Assembly (NCBI GenBank): GCA_051294905.1
Contig: CM119372.1
Coordinates: 36,582,001 to 36,646,000, forward strand
From: Botryllus schlosseri
Lineage: Eukaryota
Direction of reading: 5' to 3'
Length of the DNA stretch: 64,000 bases
Of this stretch, positions 61,001 through 64,000 are shown piece after piece. The notes under the pieces are model-generated. The model ran no database searches, was not told the origin of the DNA, and saw nothing but the letters and a program-made list of their open reading frames with translations. The position numbers and the translations under genes were made by a program. The number at the start of each line of letters is the position of its first letter. Position 1 is the stretch's first letter.

Positions 61001-63840
61001 CCTCCATGTAAAAGGCGAGCTGAACATTACTTGATCTCGAAGAATAAAAGTGAACGAACACAGTGACTTGGACTCTGACTAGAGTGTCAATACTATGACT
61101 GGAACTCGAGTTTTAACACAATGACCCGGACTTGCCCTGCGCCTTCCTAATAGGACTTGGACATTACTCGGTAGTAAATGAAAAGGTTTCGACATGACTC
61201 GAGTCAAAACTATATGAGTGAGATTGACTTGTGATTTGGCTACAACCCTGGAGATAGTACGATGTATAGGCAGCTGATAACAAAAACGTTTAGGCGTTAC
61301 CTTATGTAATTCTGTAAAATATATTTCTGCACCGATTCCATGTTAAACAATAGATTTTCGTCGCTTGCCTTTCGTCCTGAGCCCTCATCCATTTTTGCGA
61401 ACACTCACCAAACGTGGGTTCACGAATATAAAACTATATCCCACCAATATCCGGCGAAGTTTCAATTACCAGTATGAACAACTGAGATAATAAATCACTA
61501 TATTCTTGGCAGGTCGCCTAAAAATACGTGCGTGCTGCAGTCTACCCAGATTTTAGATAGGAAATTATTAATTTCTATACCTATCCATCAACTTTAGAGC
61601 TCACGAAATAATGCAACAACAAACTCAAAGCCAACACAGCAGTAACGAAATATTCCTTGGGCCATAAGTCGATGACGATCAAAAGTTTGTTTGCATGACA
61701 CTTTGACTCCGCCAACACAGATTTCATTCAATATTTCGAGCATAGGTATGATTTCGACCACGGAATGCTGCGGATTGCGACGGTTAAAAGCGCTTCTTTA
61801 GACAAAATTAATCAGTACTTAGCCATAAATGAACTAAACTTTATTGTGCTAGCGGAGATTGCAACTGGGAAATGCACCAATTACCGGTCATACAGCTTAT
61901 GTATCACAAGGGCGTTAAACCCGACATGAACTACCTTCCCCTTTGAGGCATAGTATTTCGATTTGCCATTCGAATGTTCGGCTACTGAAATTAAAGTTCA
62001 TCAAAATATCTGAATAATACGCTTCATCAAAAGCGATATGTATAAAGCAAGAGATTATTATGCAAGACCAAAAGATCCGTGTTGTAAATATCAACATAGG
62101 AAGTTAAGGGGACTAGCAACCCAAAAAATCAAAGTTTTTGATTATTTTTTGTGGTAAGAAATATTGACATTGTATCTCTGATGTCACCTTATGGCCATTT
62201 TTCACCCAAACAATAACTAAAAACTGCAAAATTTCTATTTTATTTTCCTTCGATGATTGTGGGGGGGGGGGTGTTTTTTTTCAAGCTCCAACCAAAAGAT
62301 CGCATGTTTCGTCCGATGACACTATAAAATATATGGTTTGACAGTTATAAAATATATCTATCTATATTATCTCCGGGTACAAATTTGTTAGATTGTTGTC
62401 AGTTGGCATTCTAGCATTCTGGCACTCATTCTTATCATAACATCGGTAACACTTATTCATTGACTTTTTACGTTTCAAGTGTTTGATAGTCGTTTTATCA
62501 ATTGTAAAATTTTGTTACGTTGCATCACGGCAAACCAAAACTTTGTGTGAAATATGTGTCGTAAATGCGTCACTCAAGGTTTTTTGAAAAGCTGAGATTC
62601 AGACTTGTGCTATGCTAAAAGTTTTTAGTCATAGGTCTACCATGTCAAGAGGTACAGAACGTCACAGCAAACTTACAGCAAATATATGACAAAATTTGCG
62701 ATTTTTTTGAATTTTTGAATTTCGAAATGAAATTTCTCCGAGGTGGGTTGCATGTAATCCTTCAAATTTTAGCATAGCACAGTACTGTCCTAGTACTTCC
62801 TAAAGAAGACGTTAGATCGGAAAAAGGGCTTCACAATATCGAGATTTTGCATTCCCCGTGTCGGTGCATTTTCTGTCCTTGAAATACTAAAAAATCCACA
62901 ATCTGCAAGGTAGAACGAAAATTGTTGGTTTTTTGTTTATAGCATAGCGACATCCAGCAACTGTGAAAATTTCATGGTGATGGGGGTAGCCATCCGAAAT
63001 TTAGGTTTTTTGGTTGCCAGTCCCCTTAAATGCAATATTGCTCTTTTTTCTGTCTTTATGATATTTGTTTGCATAATATTAACAATTTATATCGAAGTGC
63101 TCATCATGTTTACAATTCCCCATCTATTACCTCCATCTCCTGAAAATTCCCTCCTCGAGTCGCCAATTCCTTCAGTCACTGAAAATAAAGACACGAAAAT
63201 TCGAGTCAATTTCAAGGTGGCTCTGGGTGTGTGGCTGTATTATGATAGTATCAATTGGAATAGTTCCGCGAAACTCAGAGCAGTTTGTGAAATTACCAGC
63301 GTGGCCTCACGTGACGTCAGAGCTTCGTGTTCACGTTCCCATTCACACCAAACCTTTTATTGAAGTTCGTGTTTACACGATCCGGAACTATCTAGGGGTT
63401 CGCACCATCCCTATATATACATGCCACATTTCCTGAGTGGAGACTGGCTGTGATGATAGGTATTCATTTTCAAACGATCATGACTCTTCCGGGTCTCTCA
63501 CATTGATTTGCCGGGCCATATTTGGCCTAGGGGCCACAGTGTATACATTTCTTCAGTGCCCGATTACATATGGGAAGTACTGATTTTATCGATCAATTAT
63601 GGTGAGTTTACTTTACTTAGCACAGTAAAACAAGAATCAATGCATTAGCATTTAGCGTAGGCCACTCACATATAATATCGCAAATCTTTCCTTTATAGCC
63701 ATAATCGCAAATGCAAGTCTTATTGATACTTGGGATTCCGTAGATGCAAGCATTAGCCACCCCACTGCCAGATTCCTCGCTTCTACGTGAAGGGTACACG
63801 GCAGAGGTCGATGCATCCTGTGGCAGTGATCGAACAATTT
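33879..63840 (-). CDS. Multi-exon gene: heparin lyase I-like (PL13-like) polysaccharide lyase with upstream EGF-like exon; 5' end beyond the window
   Basis: Exons 63670-63840, 61885-61984, 60373-60525, 59001-59090, 54315-54423, 51831-51943, 51069-51302, 47698-47894, 46930-47035, 40247-40372, 33879-34078, all with AG/GT borders. All phases are compatible except the 60373-to-59090 join. Motif order matches bacterial heparinase I. Confidence 0.85.
36057..37154. mobile_element. hAT-type element with tccgga repeats
   Basis: TIR tagggttgccata / tatggtaacccta; flanking tacca repeated. Confidence 0.8.
37262..40050. mobile_element. Inverted sister of 36057-37154 with nested hAT element at 37518-39153
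   Basis: TIR tagggttaccata / tatggcaacccta; perfect TSD gtatagtg; inner element has perfect TSD gtataggg. Confidence 0.9.
40247..40372 (-). CDS. Lyase exon (GRND...YFKI)
   Basis: gtttag|...G|gtgagt; (H)TNPGILTSHALIRVWINDEMIVDWSGPCGRNDGNRIPYFKI. Confidence 0.9.
41177..41643. mobile_element. hAT-type MITE with gtcctc repeats
   Basis: TIR taggcttaccata / tatggtaagccta; perfect TSD gtcaatag. Confidence 0.9.
41910..42466. mobile_element. MITE with ccgata/tatcgg repeats
   Basis: TIR agaggtcgaccgat / atcggtcgacctct; no matching TSD seen. Confidence 0.7.
43033..44568. mobile_element. Buster-like hAT MITE nested in the hATm-like element, itself carrying a gactcg MITE (about 43440-43980)
   Basis: TIR cagtggttcccaacc / ggttgggaaccactg; perfect TSD acctaaaa. 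Confidence 0.9.
44726..46429. repeat. Long inverted repeat: arms 44726-45399 and 45757-46429, spacer ~357 nt
   Basis: The arms are reverse complements with only scattered differences; ORFs 45023-45400(-) and 45765-46043(+) encode nearly the same peptide. Confidence 0.95.
46930..47035 (-). CDS. Lyase exon
   Basis: ttttctaag|TAC...C|gtaagt; YNVLWTMPARSFQFDRWVKMKWEIKWSKYSTSGDT. Confidence 0.9.
47698..47894 (-). CDS. Lyase exon (QGGYPPL)
   Basis: ttgcag|...CAA|gttggt; (S)DIFDDHNKFIGINYNQGGYPPLVMSLKQGHFMITAMSDERLFIEKGGCPKSGLASVRCPDHPRQQ. Confidence 0.9.
48820..49936. mobile_element. Buster-like hAT MITE
   Basis: TIR caggggtcgggaacc / ggttcccgacaactg; perfect TSD ctatatac. Confidence 0.85.
51069..51302 (-). 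CDS. Lyase exon (catalytic QWHG)
   Basis: aatacag|...A|gtatgt; (E)ILVKTMCPISHLPLDHLHVYEYEIYIGKDDINFGAQYIITQWHGSADPTLLRDNNKCIAKVSAVDVHRLCSKGYCDQ. Confidence 0.9.
51831..51943 (-). CDS. Lyase exon (KSRLEL)
   Basis: acctag|...G|gtaagt; (R)FSFVPNNVGGKSRLELTTCYNEEEEVIKKYGEVPNEF. Confidence 0.9.
52711..54249. mobile_element. hAT-type MITE with gagccg repeats; nested element at about 53202-53527
   Basis: TIR cagggctttg / caaagccctg; TSD gttgctga/gttactga. Confidence 0.9.
54315..54423 (-). CDS. Lyase exon (start of catalytic domain)
   Basis: gcgcag|...AG|gtgaga; HIFDEQFAIVSYGINGTNSELGTAKERSGRGSNVYR, phase 2 into FSF. Confidence 0.8.
54566..55350. mobile_element. Buster-like hAT MITE
   Basis: TIR caggggtgggca / tgcccaggtctg; perfect TSD atctggag. 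Confidence 0.85.
55610..56910. mobile_element. hAT-type MITE (agtaga family), longer form
   Basis: TIR cagaggtggtca / tgaccacctctg; perfect TSD actatata. Confidence 0.9.
57280..58639 (-). mobile_element. Buster-like hAT derivative with decayed transposase
   Basis: TIR cagtgtttccc / ggaaccactg; TSD ctctgtag/ctctatag; minus strand near 57560-57620 reads FFVVALPHSYLIERVSRA (cf. Buster-type FPSSYLVERGFS). Confidence 0.75.
59001..59090 (-). CDS. Probable lyase-gene exon (linker)
   Basis: ttccgttgcag|...CAG|gtaagg; the phase-1 frame WSKSRLDKLRWKIIPRRLYSVPSKSPVST joins the 54423 exon in frame. Confidence 0.6.
59381..60220. mobile_element. gactcgagtc-family MITE
   Basis: TIR cagtgttgggat / atcccaacaccg; TSD atattaat/ataacaat; inverted relative to 13033-13928. 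Confidence 0.85.
60373..60525 (-). CDS. Probable lyase-gene exon
   Basis: cacttag|...AA|gtaggt; VCPYLTETSGSGYGAIAYDSTIADGKEETTPRQLELCLSSNLGVFSNAWH, in phase with the 61885 exon. Confidence 0.6.
   Translation of the reverse strand, partial: CVSVLDRDLRIRIWCHRLRFYDCRRKGGDYTPSVGIVFKFKSRSFFKCVA
61885..61984 (-). CDS. Probable lyase-gene exon
   Basis: taatttcag|...CG|gtaatt; (L)AEHSNGKSKYYASKGKVVHVGFNALVIHKLYD(R); phase 1 in, phase 2 out. Confidence 0.6.
62108..63025. mobile_element. Non-autonomous TTAA-target DNA transposon (Kolobok-like ends)
   Basis: ttaa|ggggactagcaacccaaaaa ... tttttggttgccagtcccc|ttaa. Confidence 0.7.
63670..63840 (-). CDS. EGF-like exon (phase 1-1)
   Basis: tttctacag|...T|gtgagt; ...NACIYGIPSINKTCICDYGYKGKICDII contains CxCxxGYxGxxC. 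Confidence 0.8.
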
Positions 63841-64000
63841 CTGTAGAAATAGTCTCTGATCAATCCCACTGATGAAAAAAGTAGTTGAATTTGATGTAGG
63901 GCCTATTTCGCTATTTGTATTCACTTTGATACAAACGCACAATTAATATTTTCTTAACTCTATACAACAGTAATAATAAAAAGAGACCATCCATTTTATT

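Noticed and set aside
12960..63436. Most 60-140 aa ORFs in the supplied track
   Set aside because: They fall inside MITEs or low-complexity subterminal arrays and have no recognisable protein motifs.

Overview
AT-rich eukaryotic (animal, probably invertebrate; tunicate-like by inference only) genomic DNA with two convergent spliced genes in a dense field of non-autonomous hAT-type DNA transposons. Main result: a minus-strand gene (33879 to beyond 63840) whose last seven exons splice in frame through GT-AG junctions into a ~360-aa protein collinear with bacterial heparin lyase I (polysaccharide lyase family 13). It keeps RLEL, QWHG, QGGYPPL, GRND and YFKIGIY, and an EGF-like exon lies upstream. 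This is a candidate horizontally acquired, intron-colonised glycosaminoglycan lyase in an animal. On the plus strand (6028-15675) is the 3' part of a type I membrane protein (VWA domain, Cys-rich region, Ser/Thr stalk, TM helix, basic tail ending -TTV) whose mid-VWA exons look damaged. Positions ~760-5520 form a compact, intronless, decayed ORF block (death-domain ORF, triplicated module, ATF-like promoter sites) that may be an endogenous virus or Polinton-like relic. Other notable structures are a ~670-bp-arm fold-back inside a hAT transposase remnant within a lyase intron and a four-level transposon nest at 22-29 kb. All protein family calls come from motif recognition by eye; no database search was run.
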